Shown here piece after piece: positions 26,801 through 40,926 of a DNA stretch of 64,000 bases; within the stretch, counting starts at the first letter, position 1; every line of letters begins with the position of its first letter. The notes beneath the pieces are model-generated. The model had not been told where the DNA came from. It ran no database searches and saw nothing but the letters and a program-made list of their open reading frames with translations. This stretch comes from Octopus bimaculoides (taxonomy: Eukaryota), in contig NC_068991.1 in the NCBI RefSeq assembly GCF_001194135.2, positions 43,918,945 through 43,982,944 of the forward strand. Reading direction: 5' to 3'. The translations under genes and the position numbers were made by a program.

Positions 26801-27384
26801 TGCCTTGAAAAAGTAAGATTATATTTCAAAATATGGAAAATACAAATCGAAATTCACTAGAACGAGAGGTTGTTGTGTCATTCAATTCATTTAGGCTAAT
26901 TATGGTATGATGGTGTTATTCAATTTTGAATCTGAAATTTCACAAGGATAAGAACTAAATTAGCATCAATCTATCCTCGAAATTGATGTTTGATGGACAT
27001 ATTCAGTGCACGACGATGTTTCAGTTTATTTCGGCCTTAGCCTCTGTAGTTTTCATTTCAATAAGTGTGAAAAATATATTATTGAACTAAATCTTTTAAT
27101 ACATCCTCACATATTGCAGCTGTATTTCAAATTTTTTCACTCATATAGTGGTGAGAATTTTCATCTTTTCAATTAATTTTGAAAGACTTCAAATAATATG
27201 TGACATGCTGCCACTTTTCACAGCTCACTGGTCACTTGTCTCAGTTTGACTCTATTAGTGATCTGTGCTCTTTGTGTGATACAATTTATATTAACAGACT
27301 AAATTACCCATAAAATGGAAAAGTTTATTAATATAGCTTTCAGCCTTAAGATTTACAGCCTAAACATATGATCTGTATTCTAAA

Positions 27385-27850
27385 ACACTTCTACTACAGC
27401 CCTGGACTGACAGAAGCCTTGTGAGTAGATTTGGTGGATGAAAACTGGAAGAAGTCCCAGGCATGACTGTGTTGTTAAGAAGCTCACTTTGCAATCATGT
27501 GGTTTCAGGTTCAGTCTCATTCCACAGCACCTTGGGCAAGTGTCTTTCACTCTAGCTCTGGGCAGACCAATACCTTTTGAGTCACTTTGGTAGCTGGAAA
27601 TTGTGTGGAAGCCAGTTGTGTGTGTTTATGTGTGTTTATATGTGTGTGTAGTGTGTGTGTGTTTGTGTTTATGTTAGTCTTTTTCACCACTTGACAACTG
27701 ATATTGGTTTGTTTATTTCCCTGTAACCTCGTGGTTTGACAAAAAAGGCTAATAGAATAAATACATACTGGATTTTATTTGTACAACTAAACCCTTCAAG
27801 GTGATGCCCCAGCACGGCTGCAATCCAATGATTAAATCAAGTAAATGATG
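27385..27850 (+). mobile_element. SINE family A copy (partial copy followed by a full copy)
   Basis: Homology to 32664-33070. Confidence 0.7.
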
Positions 27851-27863
27851 AAATATAAACATA

Positions 27864-28833
27864 CAAGGGTCAGCTGAAAAGTTCATAGGCTATCCAAGAT
27901 ACTCTCATGGAACGTGACCAAATGAGGTTTATTTTTCAACATCATCCCCTTTGCAGTCCACACTCTTTCATTAGTGTTGCAGTGTTTGGATCCCATTGGT
28001 GTAGAAGCTTTCATCCTGATGGTTAAAAGAGTCATCAACAGCAGATATGATGTCATCATCACTGCAATGCACCAGTATTGCAAGTGTTTTTTTCATGTTG
28101 GAGAACAGATGATAGTCAGATGGGGCCAAATCAGAATACGCTGGGTGATCAACCAGTTCAAAGCCTCACTGATGAAACAAGAGAGACCCCTTGTGTCAGT
28201 TTTTCTGGGCATTTGGTTTTGATAGCTTTTTGTAACTGCCACAGCAAGTTGGCAAGGCACTCTCCATTGATGGTGTGGCCTGTTTGAAGATAGTCAATAA
28301 ATGCAATGCCTTTTGCATCCCAAAAAACTTAGGCCAGCACCTTCTCTGCAGATGAAATGGCCTTTGCTCTGTTTGGAATAGGTGAGGAGGGGTGTTTCTA
28401 CTGCATGGATTGTCTCTGGTTCAAAGTGATGAAACCAATGTTCATTCTGGGTTAGAAAACATTCAAGGAAATCAGCTTGACCTGCCTGAAACAATGTCAG
28501 ATTTTCCCATGGTGTCATCAGCCTGGTGTGCTTTTGATCAGGTGTCAGAAGATGTGATACTCACCAAACAAAAACCTTCATTGTACAAAATATTCCCAAC
28601 TCTCTCATAGGATATGCTAATGTCATTGGCTATTTGATTTATGGTCAATCTCCTGTCATCTATGTGGTGAACACTATCAAAGCTATAAGTCTTTTTTGAA
28701 CACTGAGATGTCAGTTTACCTGAAAAGAAACAATGAAGTTATTAATAAGAAGAGTTGAAATTAATACAAGCAAGATTTCACAGGTCTAGCATTGCTTCTT
28801 GATAGTCAGACTGAACTTTTCAGCCCATCCTTG
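27864..28833 (-). mobile_element. Internally deleted mariner element with imperfect TIRs
   Basis: TA|CAAGGGTCAGCTGAAAAGTTCA ... TGAACTTTTCAGCCCATCCTTG|TA. The - strand gives DDRRLTINQIANDISISYERV and FLTQNEHWFHHFEPET. Confidence 0.8.
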
Positions 28834-29135
28834 TACATGTGTGTGCATGTATGTATGTTTGTGACCCTTTGTCATGATATTAATTGTACGAAGCATGTGT
28901 ACAAATACCACCATCATATGAGTTGTGTCCTTTGCTTCCAGTCTTTTGTGAAAGCAACTGGCCATGGAGAAATATTACCTTACTTGGAAACATGAAGGTT
29001 GGTGACAGGAAGGGCATCCAAGTCATAGAATATCTGCTTCAATGAATCCCAACTAATCTAAGCATGCATGGAAAAGTGAATGTTAAAAACAATAACAATG
29101 AAAATGATGATATGCACATACTTGCATGCACACAT

Positions 29136-29171
<36 letters not shown>

Positions 29172-31235
29172 GACAGGTTTCTGCACAGTTTTCACCAAAC
29201 AAATTTGACTCACAAGACTTTGGTTAATTCAAGACTTTGATAGAAGATATCCAAGCTGCTATGTAGTGGTATCGAATACAGAATCACATGATTGTAATAC
29301 CTACACTCATGTGATAGGTCAGACTCACTTTGGTTACCTGTTCTCTTTTTCCCACCAAAAATCAGGCTTTCTGTCTTATCAACTGCAATCTTTTGATTTA
29401 TTTGTGGTTAAACTCAATACATGACCTGGTTTTGCTCCCCACTTGGAATTGTTTTGACTAATGTCACAAATGTTCTTACATTTTTTTTAGTAAGGAATCA
29501 ATGACAAAGCATTTCCAGCAACTTCTCTGCTACAAATCTGAACTGTTTCTGTCTATGTTATGAATCTTTCCCTTTACAAATCACTGAATCTTCTATTGTA
29601 AGATAAACTAATCTGTAAATAGTAGCTGAAAGGTTTGTTTTCTTTCTTTTTCTTCTTTTTTTTTTTAATAATGCTGTACTTACTGTGAAATATTATATAG
29701 GAGTAGAGGAAATTGGTATCATACCAAAAGGTTTAGTTGAGAGAGAGAGAGAGAGAATAAAAGATGGAGATATGGATAAAAGAAGGAGATACTGCAAAGG
29801 TAGAAAGATAAAGAACAAAGAAAATACATCTCTGGAAGCCAGGGAAAGAAAGAGAGAAAATGAGTGAGTGAGCAAATAAAAGATTGAAAGAAAAGAGAAA
29901 GAAAGACAATAAGATGCTGAGTGAATTGGGGAAAGATTGGAGTCAACAGGAATGAGTGAAAATGTAGAAAATGAGAGAAAAACAAAGAAAGCAAGAGAAA
30001 AGGTAGAAAGAGTAAGTGAAATATAAGAGAGCATAAATGGGAGGTGTGGGAGAATCGAATGCAATTTTTGAAGGTGTGAGGGGGAAGATATAGGCAGAGA
30101 AAGATAGAGAGAAGGAGTGAGATAATTTGAGGAAGCAATAAAGGTGGCGAGAAGAGGTTTTGAGAGAGGAAGAAGAAGCAAAAGATGCAAGTGAGAGATA
30201 CTGATGTAAAGAGACAGCTGGAGAATGGGAATAGAGGGAGTAGATAAAAGTGTGTGAGAGAGACACTGACAGACAAGCAGAGAAAGAGAGAGAGAGAGTG
30301 AATGAGTGGGTGAGAGTAGCAGGAGCAAGCAAAAGAGGCATGTGAGATAAAGAGAGTAAGTGTGTGTGTAAATGAAGGGTGGGAGGAGAGGGAGCAAACA
30401 AAGGAGGATTATGTACAAAAGAGAGGAAGAGAGACTGATAGACAAGCAGAGAGAGAGAGAGTGTGTAGGAGTAGAGGGGTTATCAAAAGAAGAAAGCGAA
30501 AGAAGAGGGAGAGAGAGAGACAGACAGGACACTGGCACAGAGGACATACGTAGAGGGAGAGAGAAAAGTGTGTAATATGATATCTGGTGTTGAAGAAAGT
30601 GATGATTTGCAGGAAAAGCTAAGTAAATCTTGAACAGCAGCAGTCAGAAATTCAATGGCGTTTATCCAAGAACTTGAAGACTCTAATCCATGTTGCTACC
30701 ATGCTGCTGGCAGGTTTCATGTGAATTTAGATTCTGTCAAATTAGAAATTGCATTCATCAGGTTCTCATTAGGGGAATGTTTGCAAAAAGAAGTTTATCT
30801 TTCTTTTTCAATCTCCTTTTTTATTTCTTTCTCTTTTTTTTTTTTTTTGCATGGTATTTTTTGTTTTCATTTCTTCTAATCACACTATTTTCCTGCTCCC
30901 CTCCCCTCCTACTCCTCCCCCATCGTCATTATCATTGCAATCATCATCACCCTCATCATCTTTACCATCATTCTTATCCTCTCCTTTTCTTCTACACTCT
31001 TTTTTTTCATCTACATCATCGTTGTCGTCATCATCATCATAACCATCATCATCATCCTCATCACCATCATCATCAACATCATTATCATCCTTCACCTTTA
31101 TCAGTTCTCAATTTGAGAATAGTATTTCATAAACAAAGTTTCTTTTCTGTAGTGTTTTATTTTTTTTTTTTATTCCAGAGCATCATCCTTTCTAGTCACT
31201 TCCTTATAATTTATTGATTACTCGAGGCATTGCAG

Positions 31236-31237
31236 CA

Positions 31238-31292
<55 letters not shown>

Positions 31293-31313
31293 TTATCTAT
31301 CTATCTGTCTCTC

Positions 31314-31374
<61 letters not shown>

Positions 31375-31400
31375 GTCTGTCTATTTATCTATGTATCTGT
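31236..31400. repeat. (ATCT)n microsatellite
   Basis: Direct inspection. Confidence 0.95.
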
Positions 31401-31513
31401 CTGTTCCTCACTGACTGCCCATCTGCCTTTCTCAAATACTTTTCACTCTCTTCGTCTTATCTTTCCTTAACCATCTTACTCTTACTTTCACAGAATATTC
31501 TGTTCAAGTTGTA

Positions 31514-31574
<61 letters not shown>

Positions 31575-31984
31575 NNNNNNNNNNNNNNNNNNNNNNNNNN
31601 NNNNNNNNNNNNNNNNNNNNNNNNNNNNNNNNNNNNNNNNNNNNNNNNNNNNNNNNNNNNNNNNNNNNNNNNNNNNNNNNNNNNNNNNNNNNNNNNNNNN
31701 NNNNNNNNNNNNNNNNNNNNNNNNNNNNNNNNNNNNNNNNNNNNNNNNNNNNNNNNNNNNNNNNNNNNNNNNNNNNNNNNNNNNNNNNNNNNNNNNNNNN
31801 NNNNNNNNNNNNNNNNNNNNNNNNNNNNNNNNNNNNNNNNNNNNNNNNNNNNNNNNNNNNNNNNNNNNNNNNNNNNNNNNNNNNNNNNNNNNNNNNNNNN
31901 NNNNNNNNNNNNNNNNNNNNNNNNNNNNNNNNNNNNNNNNNNNNNNNNNNNNNNNNNNNNNNNNNNNNNNNNNNNNNNNNNNNN

Positions 31985-32027
<43 letters not shown>

Positions 32028-32663
32028 AAATCTAAGCCCAGAGATATTCCATTTCTAGACAGGAATGTTGAAAGGTAATCTGAAGTATTTAATACTTGTG
32101 TTTCTCTGGTAGCGAAATTATCCCTTTCTCTGCTTGCATAACAAACAAAAACTAAAAAGAGGGTAAGAATGAACAGCTGAGATTTGTAGGACTTTGACAT
32201 CTTGTGACTTGTGGAAAGATTAATTCAATGAACAAACTTCTTCATTGACATTGATATAGTTCAAACCAACAAAACTGTGTTTGATGATAAGTTGGTCACT
32301 TGACCTTCTAGGTGTATAGCTAACGTATCAACATCTTATTCTATTTTCAGTTTGACTGTGTTCTTTCTCAACAGGAATGTTGAAAAATGATACAAGATAT
32401 TTAAGGCTTTGTACTTTTCCTTCCTACTTCTTTTCATGAAAACTAAAATTGCCTCAATAAAATTAAAAAGCAGAGGTAGAGGCTTTTTTTAATTTTTTTT
32501 TTTACATAAGCTGATGAAATAGGCTATACTGGGATTGATGCCACTTTTGGCAATGGTTTATTTTGGTAGGCTGAATTTTGGTGTAGAACCCTAATGTTTG
32601 ATTTATATCTTTTGCATTATGGGTTTACTTGGATTACTTTGACTACTTAACAATAAATCAACA

Positions 32664-33070
32664 AGGCGCGGGAGTGGCTGTGTGGTAAGTAGCTTGCTTA
32701 CCAACCATATGGTTCTGGGTTCAGTCCCACTGTGTGACACCTTGGGCAAGTGTCTTCTACTATAGCCCCGGGCCAACCAAAGCCTTGTGAGTGGATTTGG
32801 TAGACGGAAACTGAAAGGCGCCCGTCGTATATATATATATATATATATGTATATGTGTGTATATGTTTGTGTATCTGTGTTTGTTCCCCCCAACATCGCT
32901 TGACAACCAATGCTGGTGTGTTTACATCCCCATAACTTAGCGGTTCAGCAAAAGAGACTGATAGAATAAGTACTAAGCTTCCAAAGAATAAGTCCTGGGG
33001 TCGATTTGCTCGACTAAAGGCGGTGCTCCAGCATGGCCGCAGTCAAATGACTGAAACAAGTAAAAGAGAG
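32664..33070 (+). mobile_element. Young, near-complete SINE family A copy
   Basis: Retains many CpGs. Head GGCGCGGGAGTGGCTGTGTGGTAAG, B-box-like GGGTTCAGTCCC, internal (TA)n/(TG)n, tail GTCAAATGACTGAAACAAGTAAAAGAG. Other copies lie at about 10130-10345, 11571-11725, 41220-41515 (-), 44461-44790, 53040-53510 and 56130-56325, plus a split copy at 56660-56815 and 57899-58050. Confidence 0.85.
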
Positions 33071-33087
33071 CAAGAGAACCTCTACAT

Positions 33088-33414
33088 CAGTGGTTCTCAA
33101 TGGGGATCCATATGACCCCTTGTGGTCATATAAGATTTTGGAGTGTCTACACAAGCAAAATAGTGAATTGGGTCCACAGTAGTATTTTATGAGTCCCTGA
33201 AAATTTTTTACTTCAGATATAAGAAACAACTAGGTTTCTTTCTCTCATGTTTTACACAGTTTAGCCTACACAAGTGAATGTGTAGAAAACAAAATAAGAA
33301 TTTTGAAAGAAATATCTATAAAACTAGATTTCAAACATCGAATAGCTATGGGGGTCCACCAGAATAAAATAGTAATCAAAGGAGTCTATAGGTAAAAATG
33401 CTTGAGAACCACTG
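33088..33414. mobile_element. hAT-superfamily MITE
   Basis: TIR CAGTGGTTCTCAA / TTGAGAACCACTG, with a perfect 8-bp TSD CTCTACAT (33080-33087 and 33415-33422). Confidence 0.9.
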
Positions 33415-33694
33415 CTCTACATGGATGCTCAACCTGAGAGTAGTAGAAATGCTAGCAAATCCCACTCAAATCATAACCCCTAAAAATGAAAGGACACATT
33501 TTAATACTTTAATACATCGATAAAAATTACTTTGATCTAAATGAATGAATACATCCTCTTTGTCTCAGCTGGTATTTCTCTTTTCAAAAATTCACTTCAT
33601 TGCAGCATGAGTATATTATAACTGACTTCTTATTGGGTCAACTAGAGCATTGATACATATAACCTTATTTCTAACATTCACTTTAGTTTTATAT

Positions 33695-33900
33695 ATTGAT
33701 TTCAAGACTAACAACTTTGGAGGAGGGGAGGTAAGTTGATTACATCATCCCCAATACTCAACTGGTACTTATTTTATCAACCCCAAAAGGATGAAAGGTA
33801 AAGTCAACCTCAGTGGAATTTGAACTCAGAAGTAAAGTCAAACAAAATGCCACTAGTCATTTTGCCTGGTGTGCTTACAATTCTGCCTGCTTGCTGCCTT
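33695..33900 (-). mobile_element. SINE family B with 14-bp TSD
   Basis: ACTTTAGTTTTATA at 33680-33693 and 33901-33914. Confidence 0.8.
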
Positions 33901-35893
33901 ACTTTAGTTTTATAGACTAACTAGAAGAATACCTAGCACTGCCTGGGAAACAAAGCACACCACTGGTAGCCAATCTATCGAATGAGAAATGATCATAATC
34001 GTATATAAATGTATTATTTTGAACACAATGAGTATATTATTTGAAATAGATGTACACATTTCTTTTTCACTTTCTAAAATAATATAACTCATGTAGAATA
34101 AATTAAATTATGCATTAGAAGCAGCTCAATAATGTAAACATTATTAATATCACATACTTATCCATTATTTAAAGACCAGGAGCCTCAGATTTTCATCAAG
34201 ACAGATTTGTTTTAAAGATATATAGTGTTAAGAAAACACAGAAATGTTATCAATATTCAATTTGTGTGTGTATGTGTGTGTGTGTGTGTGTGTCTAAGTT
34301 GAATATCAAAATTATTTTATATACAATATATCATCAACATCATCATCATCAGTTAATGTCTATGTTCCATGCTGGCATGGGTTGTACAGCTTGACAGGAT
34401 CTGATGGATCAAGGACTGCATCTTGCTCCTGTGTTCATTTTGGCATGGTTTCTAATACCGGATGCCCTTCTAACACCATTTATTTTACAAAGTGTACTGG
34501 GAGCTTTTTTGCTCTCTTTCCCCCTATCCACACAACTCTAACCCTAAACTCTATACCCCAGCCTTAAAACCTTACTTGATATCCTAATCTTATACCCTAA
34601 CTCTAAACCAATTTCTTTTCTCACGGGAGTTAATCCATCTTTTATGTTTAATACATAAAAATCCTTAAAAAAAAGGAAAAATGTCAAATAGAAAAGTTAT
34701 GGTTGGTTATGTACACTAAACAGGAAGTGTAAGGGTAGGCAAAAAGAGAAAATTTTAAACAATTTTTTTTTCAGAATCATAAAGAAATTTCTACCTAGAA
34801 ATAGAAAAATAAAGAAGTTAGACTGGTGTGTGTGTGTGCCCACGTGTGTGTGTTAGAGCTGCTTTTCATTCAAAACTTTTGTTTTACTTGTGCAGCACCA
34901 TTGCACATCAGCTGACAGGTTTAAACTATTAGCATATATATCTCACCTAGTGATGCAAATTCATTTCGGAGGTGACTTGAGTATATGTTGCCAATGAGCT
35001 GAGACAACAGCGAAATATCAATATCTACCATTCTCATTCACCTACAGATCATTTTATTTCACCTGGTTTTGAGGTATTAACCGTTTTTTAATACTTGATG
35101 CCTGAAAGGGACTTTCCTGGGACAAAATTCCGCAGTTAATCAGTGTTTATATTATTAGAGATGCTTCTAATTCAAAATTTATCATCGTCATCATCATCAT
35201 CGTCATCCTTCTTTAACATCCATTTTCTGTGCTGGCATGGGTTGGACTGTTTGACCAGAGCTGGGAAGCTAAAGAACTGCACCAGGTTCCAGTCTGATTT
35301 GGATTGGTTTCTATGACTGGATGCCTTTCCTAACACCAACTACTTTGCAGAGTGTGCTGGGTGCTTTTTACATGGCAACAGCACAGGTCTTTTGCTAGCT
35401 AATCCTCTTCAGCAGGGGAAGTGACATTAGCACTTCTGGTGTGGAGGATGGGTCTTCTTGAGTACAGCAAGGTTTCAGATATCTCGGTCCATTGTCAACT
35501 CCTCCATAAGAGTCAATGTCCTGAAATCATCCTTTAATGTGTGTGTGTGTGTGTGTGTGTGAAGGCACTTGGCCTACTGGTTAGGGCGTTGCACTCACAA
35601 TCTCAAGATGATGGTTTCATTTTCAGACTGTCGGTGCATTGTGTTCTTGAGCAAAACACTTCATTTCATGTTACTCCAGTCCACTCAGCTGCAAATGGGT
35701 AACCCTGTATCATCATCATCATCATCTTCATTTAATGTCCACCTCTCGTGCTGAAACCAGCCAGGTAGAAGACTACACCAGACTTTTGTGTCTGTTTTGG
35801 CATGGTTTTTACGACTGGATGTCCTTCCTAACACCAACCTGTATATATGTATGTATGTGTGTATGGATGTATGTATGCATGCATACATATTTA

Positions 35894-37159
35894 TTGGGTC
35901 ATCCCATAAATAATGTGTTTTATTTTTCAATTGCATGAACTAAAAGTTGGGGTGGGGGATGGAATAACCTACCTGCATCAACTTACTATAAAAGCAGGTA
36001 GTAATTTTGCCTTCTTAGTGCAAGTTTTGAAGAGTGCTGTTCGATTTTAACAGTTATTTTTTCAAAGCTATAATGGAAGTGACAAAGGAGCAAATTTAGC
36101 ATATTTTGCTTTATGAGTTCAATAAAGGCAACAACGCAACAGAAAGTGCAAGGAATATTAATGCAGTATATAGGGATCAGACAGTAAGCATAAGTCAGTG
36201 TCAACGGTAGTTCCAGCAATTCCGAGCTGGAAACTACAGCCTAGAACCTCATCCTGGAAGATCTGTAGAGCTTGATGAGGATGTCTTACAAACCCTGGTT
36301 GGAATAAATTCCCATTGTAACTGTTGAGGAACTAGCAGAGAAGCTTGGATTTGGTCACTCAACCATTCATTGACACCGTCGGAAAAGTTAACAAACTGGG
36401 TCAATGGGTTCCTCACAAACTTTCCAAGTCTAACCACACACAGAGAGTAAATGTGTGCTCTTCTTTGTTGTCACGTCTCATGAATGAATCTTTTTTGGAC
36501 CGAATGGTGACTCATGACAAGAAATGGGTCCTCTATAAAAATGTCAAGTGCTGAAAATAGTGAGTAGGGAAAGGAGAAATACCAGCACCCCAGGTTAAAG
36601 AAGGTTTTCACCTACGTAAGTTATTGCTATCTGTTTGTGGGATATGAAAGGTTTAGTCCACTTTGAACTTTTAAACCCACACCAAACGATAAGAAAGGAA
36701 ATCTACTGCAAGTAACTTGAGCAGCTTAGGTCAGCACTAGAAGAAAAATGACCACTTTTGGTTTCAAGACGAAAGGTGTTCTTCCATCAGGATAATACTC
36801 GGCCACATACAACGAGGTGACATTCCAAAGGCTGGAGCAGTTTGAATGGGAAATGATGCCCCACCCACCATATTTGCCAGACATTGCTCCACCTGATTAT
36901 CATTTATTCTGCAGTCTTCAAAATCATTTGGACAGAAAAAATATGAATTCTGTAGATGAGGTCAGAATAGTACTGGAGGAGTATTTTTCATTACGGACAA
37001 GTGAATTTTGGAAGAGGTTCCTTGCAAGTCTACCATATAGCTGGAAGAACATTGTAGAAAATGAAGAGTATATTTTAGATTAAAAAAGAACTTTGTTTAT
37101 CTTAATTTTGAAAAATAAAAGAAGTATAAAAAAACTGCATTATTTATGGGATGACCCAA
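35894..37159 (+). mobile_element. Full-length (1266 bp) mariner element with pseudogenised D,D34D-type transposase (ATG 36073, stop 37083)
   Basis: TA|TTGGGTCATCCCATAAATAATG ... CATTATTTATGGGATGACCCAA|TA. Motifs: MEVTKEQI*HILLYEFNKG, LGQWVPHKL, DRMVTHDKKWV, FHQDNTRPH and HPPYLPDIAPPDYHLF. Several stops and frameshifts. Confidence 0.92.
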
Positions 37160-37416
37160 TATATGTATGTATGTATGGGTTATATATTACTTTAAGTATG
37201 TAAACTGTATGAAAAAAAAGGATATAATTCAACATAGGAACAAATGTTGTGGTGTAGACATTGTTTCATAGCCACATGGTTTTGAGTTTGATTCCAGTTG
37301 ATACCATCAGTAGAAACTTAAAGTTAATATTATGTAGCTAGCATTGTTAAAAATAAATCATTGTAGTGTTTTTTTTCTTATTATAGATATCTATGTCTGT
37401 TTGCATGAATCTTCAG

Positions 37417-37636
37417 CCCTTTAGCATTTAGAGTGGCCATATCCGGCCAAAATATTTTACCTGTTTTAGCTTCAAACTTACCAGTTCAAGCCTCTCACAC
37501 CTACCCTGCAGTGCCATTCTAAAAATAAATAATCTCATCATCAAAATCTCAAAGTTACAAGATAATGTTAGATTAATTGAAAACAATGTGAATAAATAAG
37601 TAATATATATGATGGAATAATCTACATGCTAAAGAG
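37417..37636. mobile_element. Approximately 220-bp MITE, piggyBac-like (CCC terminus, TTAA target)
   Basis: CCCTTTAGCATT ... ATGCTAAAGAG|TTAA. Reverse-orientation homologue of 42666-42885. Confidence 0.7.
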
Positions 37637-38219
37637 TTAAAATGCTCTAACTCGAGAGAATGCAAATTAAAAGGAGTTTCCCCCTTTCTCTCTCAGTCGA
37701 TGTATGTTCCTATGTGTTTGTTGGGGAGTGAGTGTGTGTATGGGTATATGTCTGTGTGTGTGTGTGTGTGTTGATGTTATTCATGAATTTTTACATTTCT
37801 TGAACAGCTCAAAATTACTGGTCTGTATTAAAACAATAATCAACAACAGTCTTGGTTTTTCAGAGTTTTAGGTTGATGGATGAAGTGGAAGATATTTTAA
37901 GTAAAAGATTGTGTATCTAAGAGTACATTTGTTGGAACATTTTATTGGCACAATGTATAGTTTTGCTAAAATTATAGAACACACAAACAAAGAAACTTTG
38001 AATGTTAATATTATAAAGATCTAATGTATTAAGTACTACTATATGTATTGCTCACCTCTTCTCTCATCTGTAAATACTGTATTCTGTTTAGTCCATTCCG
38101 GTTCATTCCAGCATCATTGCATGGAACCTTGGGCAAGTGTCTTTCACTGTATAGCCTCTGGCCAACCAATGGATCTGGTAGACAATCTAAAAGAAGCCAA
38201 TCATATATAAAAAATATAT

Positions 38220-38467
38220 AAATGCACCTTTTAAAGCCTAGCTAGGTTCATGGGCCCGGTTTCTCGGTTTCAATGGAGTATGTGTTCCCCAGCTGAACGG
38301 GACGCCAGTCCATCGCAGCGCTACTCATTTTTGCCATCTGAGTGGACTGGAGCAACGTGAAATGAAGTGTTTTGCTCAAGAACACAATGCTTTGCCCGGT
38401 CCAGGAATCAAAACCACAATCTTACGATCATGATGCTGACACCCTAACCACTAAGCCACACGCTTCT
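38220..38467 (-). mobile_element. Young tRNA-derived SINE family C
   Basis: The - strand reads GAAGCGTGTGGCTTAGTGGTTAGGG...TTGTGTTCTTGAGCAAAACACTTCATTTCACGTTGCTCCAGTCCACTCAG. A homologous head occurs at 35561-35705 (+). Confidence 0.8.
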
Positions 38468-39180
38468 ACCAATCATATATAAAAAATATATAAATGCACC
38501 TTTTAAAGCCTAGCTAGGTTCATGGGCCCGGTTTCTCGGTTTCAATGGAGTATGTGTTCCCCAGCTGAACGGGACGCCAGTCCATCGCAGCGCTACTCAT
38601 TTTTGNNNNNNNNNNNNNNNNNNNNNNNNNNNNNNNNNNNNNNNNNNNNNNNNNNNNNNNNNNNNNNNNNNNNNNNNNNNNNNNNNNNNNNNNNNNNNNN
38701 NNNNNNNNNNNNNNNNNNNNNNNNNNNNNNNNNNNNNNNNNNNNNNNNNNNNNNNNNNNNNNNNNNNNNNNNNNNNNNNNNNNNNNNNNNNNNNNNNNNN
38801 NNNNNNNNNNNNNNNNNNNNNNNNNNNNNNNNNNNNNNNNNNNNNNNNNNNNNNNNNNNNNNNNNNNNNNNNNNNNNNNNNNNNNNNNNNNNNNNNNNNN
38901 NNNNNNNNNNNNNNNNNNNNNNNNNNNNNNNNNNNNNNNNNNNNNNNNNNNNNNNNNNNNNNNNNNNNNNNNNNNNNNNNNNNNNNNNNNNNNNNNNNNN
39001 NNNNNNNNNNNNNNNNNNNNNNNNNNNNNNNNNNNNNNNNNNNNNNNNNNNNNNNNNNNNNNNNNNNNNNNNNNNNNNNNNNNNNNNNNNNAATTTAGGT
39101 AGAAGGAATACCACAAAGTGTTTTTGTCTGACACATTGGTTTGTTATCTTGCTGATATGTATATCTTTTGTTGATATTCA

Positions 39181-39212
<32 letters not shown>

Positions 39213-40550
39213 ACACACACACACATACACACATGTTTTTATACAATTGGCTTCAGTAAAATTCCTAACTATTCAATTTTGCTTACTGGTCAACAAAAGG
39301 CTCTGGTAAAAACATGCTTGTCCAAGGTGCTGTGCAGTGAGATCAAACTCGAATCAATGGTTACAAATAAAGTGCCTATACTTTCTGATTTGTTAGGTTT
39401 CTATTTTTATACTATCTTCCTATTTATACCTTGTATATATGGTTAGGGTGTTTATACCTTGTATGTGATTAGGGTGTTTGACTCATGATCATAAGGTCAT
39501 GGGTTCAATTCCTGGACAGGAAAGCACACTGTGTCCTTGGACAAAGCACTTCTTTCTATGTTGCTCTAGTCTACTAATGAGAACTAGCCAGTTGTTGCTG
39601 CTACCCTTACTCCTTCCAACTATTACAACCTGGATATTCTGCCAAATTAAGAGTGAACAAACTGAGAGTATAAATGTCTGCTTATGACAACATAAATTCC
39701 TAAAATGATTGGCAAAAACATGGTACCTGCTACTAAACCATAATCACTTGAATGTGAAGGCTGACTAATTAATAAGTCAAAGAATAGGAGGCAGTACTCA
39801 CGGTATTTGTGGGGATCAGCTGCCTTCCTTTTTGCTTCTTTGAATCTACTATTATCATCAAATATATCATCTTCTCTCATCAAATATATCCAACCATTAA
39901 AAAATTAAATACTTCTGTTTCTGTTCAGTTTGTTTTATAAACTGTTTGTGTGTCTTCTCTAATAATTCAGAAACTACAAAAACTAGAAATTCTTAATTTT
40001 TGATGAATGATTATGAAGCAAAATAACACAAAAAAGGGTGGGGGTGGGGGGTTGTATTTGTTTTTCCAAGTTTTACTTTTTCAGTTAATTATTTGGATAT
40101 ATGATACATAAATTGTGGTTGTGCAAAAAATGAAAGTAGTCGTACAAAGAAATGAAATACAATAACAAAAATATGGGTTATATGTAAAAAGGAAAAAAAA
40201 AAAATTCAAAGGAATACTATTAAAATACTTTCACACTCATAGATACATAACAACAACACAATTTCTTTCATATATTACTGGCTATAATACTTAGCAGAAT
40301 ATATTTACATTCACATGTTGGGAAAATTTATTTTTATTTATCATTCATTAACTTTTGGTTAGAATTGTTGAAACATGAAATAAACTATCCATGATGATTG
40401 TTAGCTGTCAGAACATTACATTCTTCAAAAGTTCCATGCTTCCCAAAATTTGCCAACATTACTCCTTACATGCCTATTCACCCTTTCCTCTGTGGCATTT
40501 TCACTGTTCATTTTTTCTGTCTTTTTGTGTGTATATATTGTGTACTGTAT

Positions 40551-40926
40551 GGAGGCGCAATGGCCCAGTGGTTAGGGCAGCGGACTCGCGGTCATAGGAT
40601 CGCAGTTTCGATTCCCAGACCGGGCGTTGTAAGTGTTTATTGAGCGAAAACACTTAAGGCTCCATGAGGCTCCGGCAGGGGATGGTGGCGAACCCTGCTG
40701 TACTCTTCCACCACAACTTTCTCTCACTCTTACTTCCTGTTTCTGTTGTGCCTGTAATTCAAAGGGTCAGCTTTGTCACACTGTGTCACGCTGAATATCC
40801 CCGAGAACTACATTAAGGGTACACGTGTCTGTGGAGTGCTCAGCCACTTGCATGTTAATTTCACGAGCAGGCTGTTCCATTGATTGGATCAACTGGAACC
40901 CTCGACATCGTAAGCGACGGAGTGCC
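40551..40926 (+). mobile_element. Young CpG-rich tRNA-derived SINE with a distinct body
   Basis: GGAGGCGCAATGGCCCAGTGGTTAGGGCAGCGGACTCGCGG...TTTCGATTCCC (A and B boxes, tRNA-like head), ending TCGTAAGCGACGGAGTGCCA. Confidence 0.8.

Noticed and set aside
29693-30575. Long Ser/Leu-rich and Arg/Glu-rich ORFs
   Set aside because: Produced by GA-rich low-complexity sequence.
38197-38605. 137-bp exact direct repeat with a 272-bp period
   Set aside because: Ends exactly at a gap and is 100% identical. Most likely a contig-end artefact of a young SINE, and not a CRISPR or satellite.
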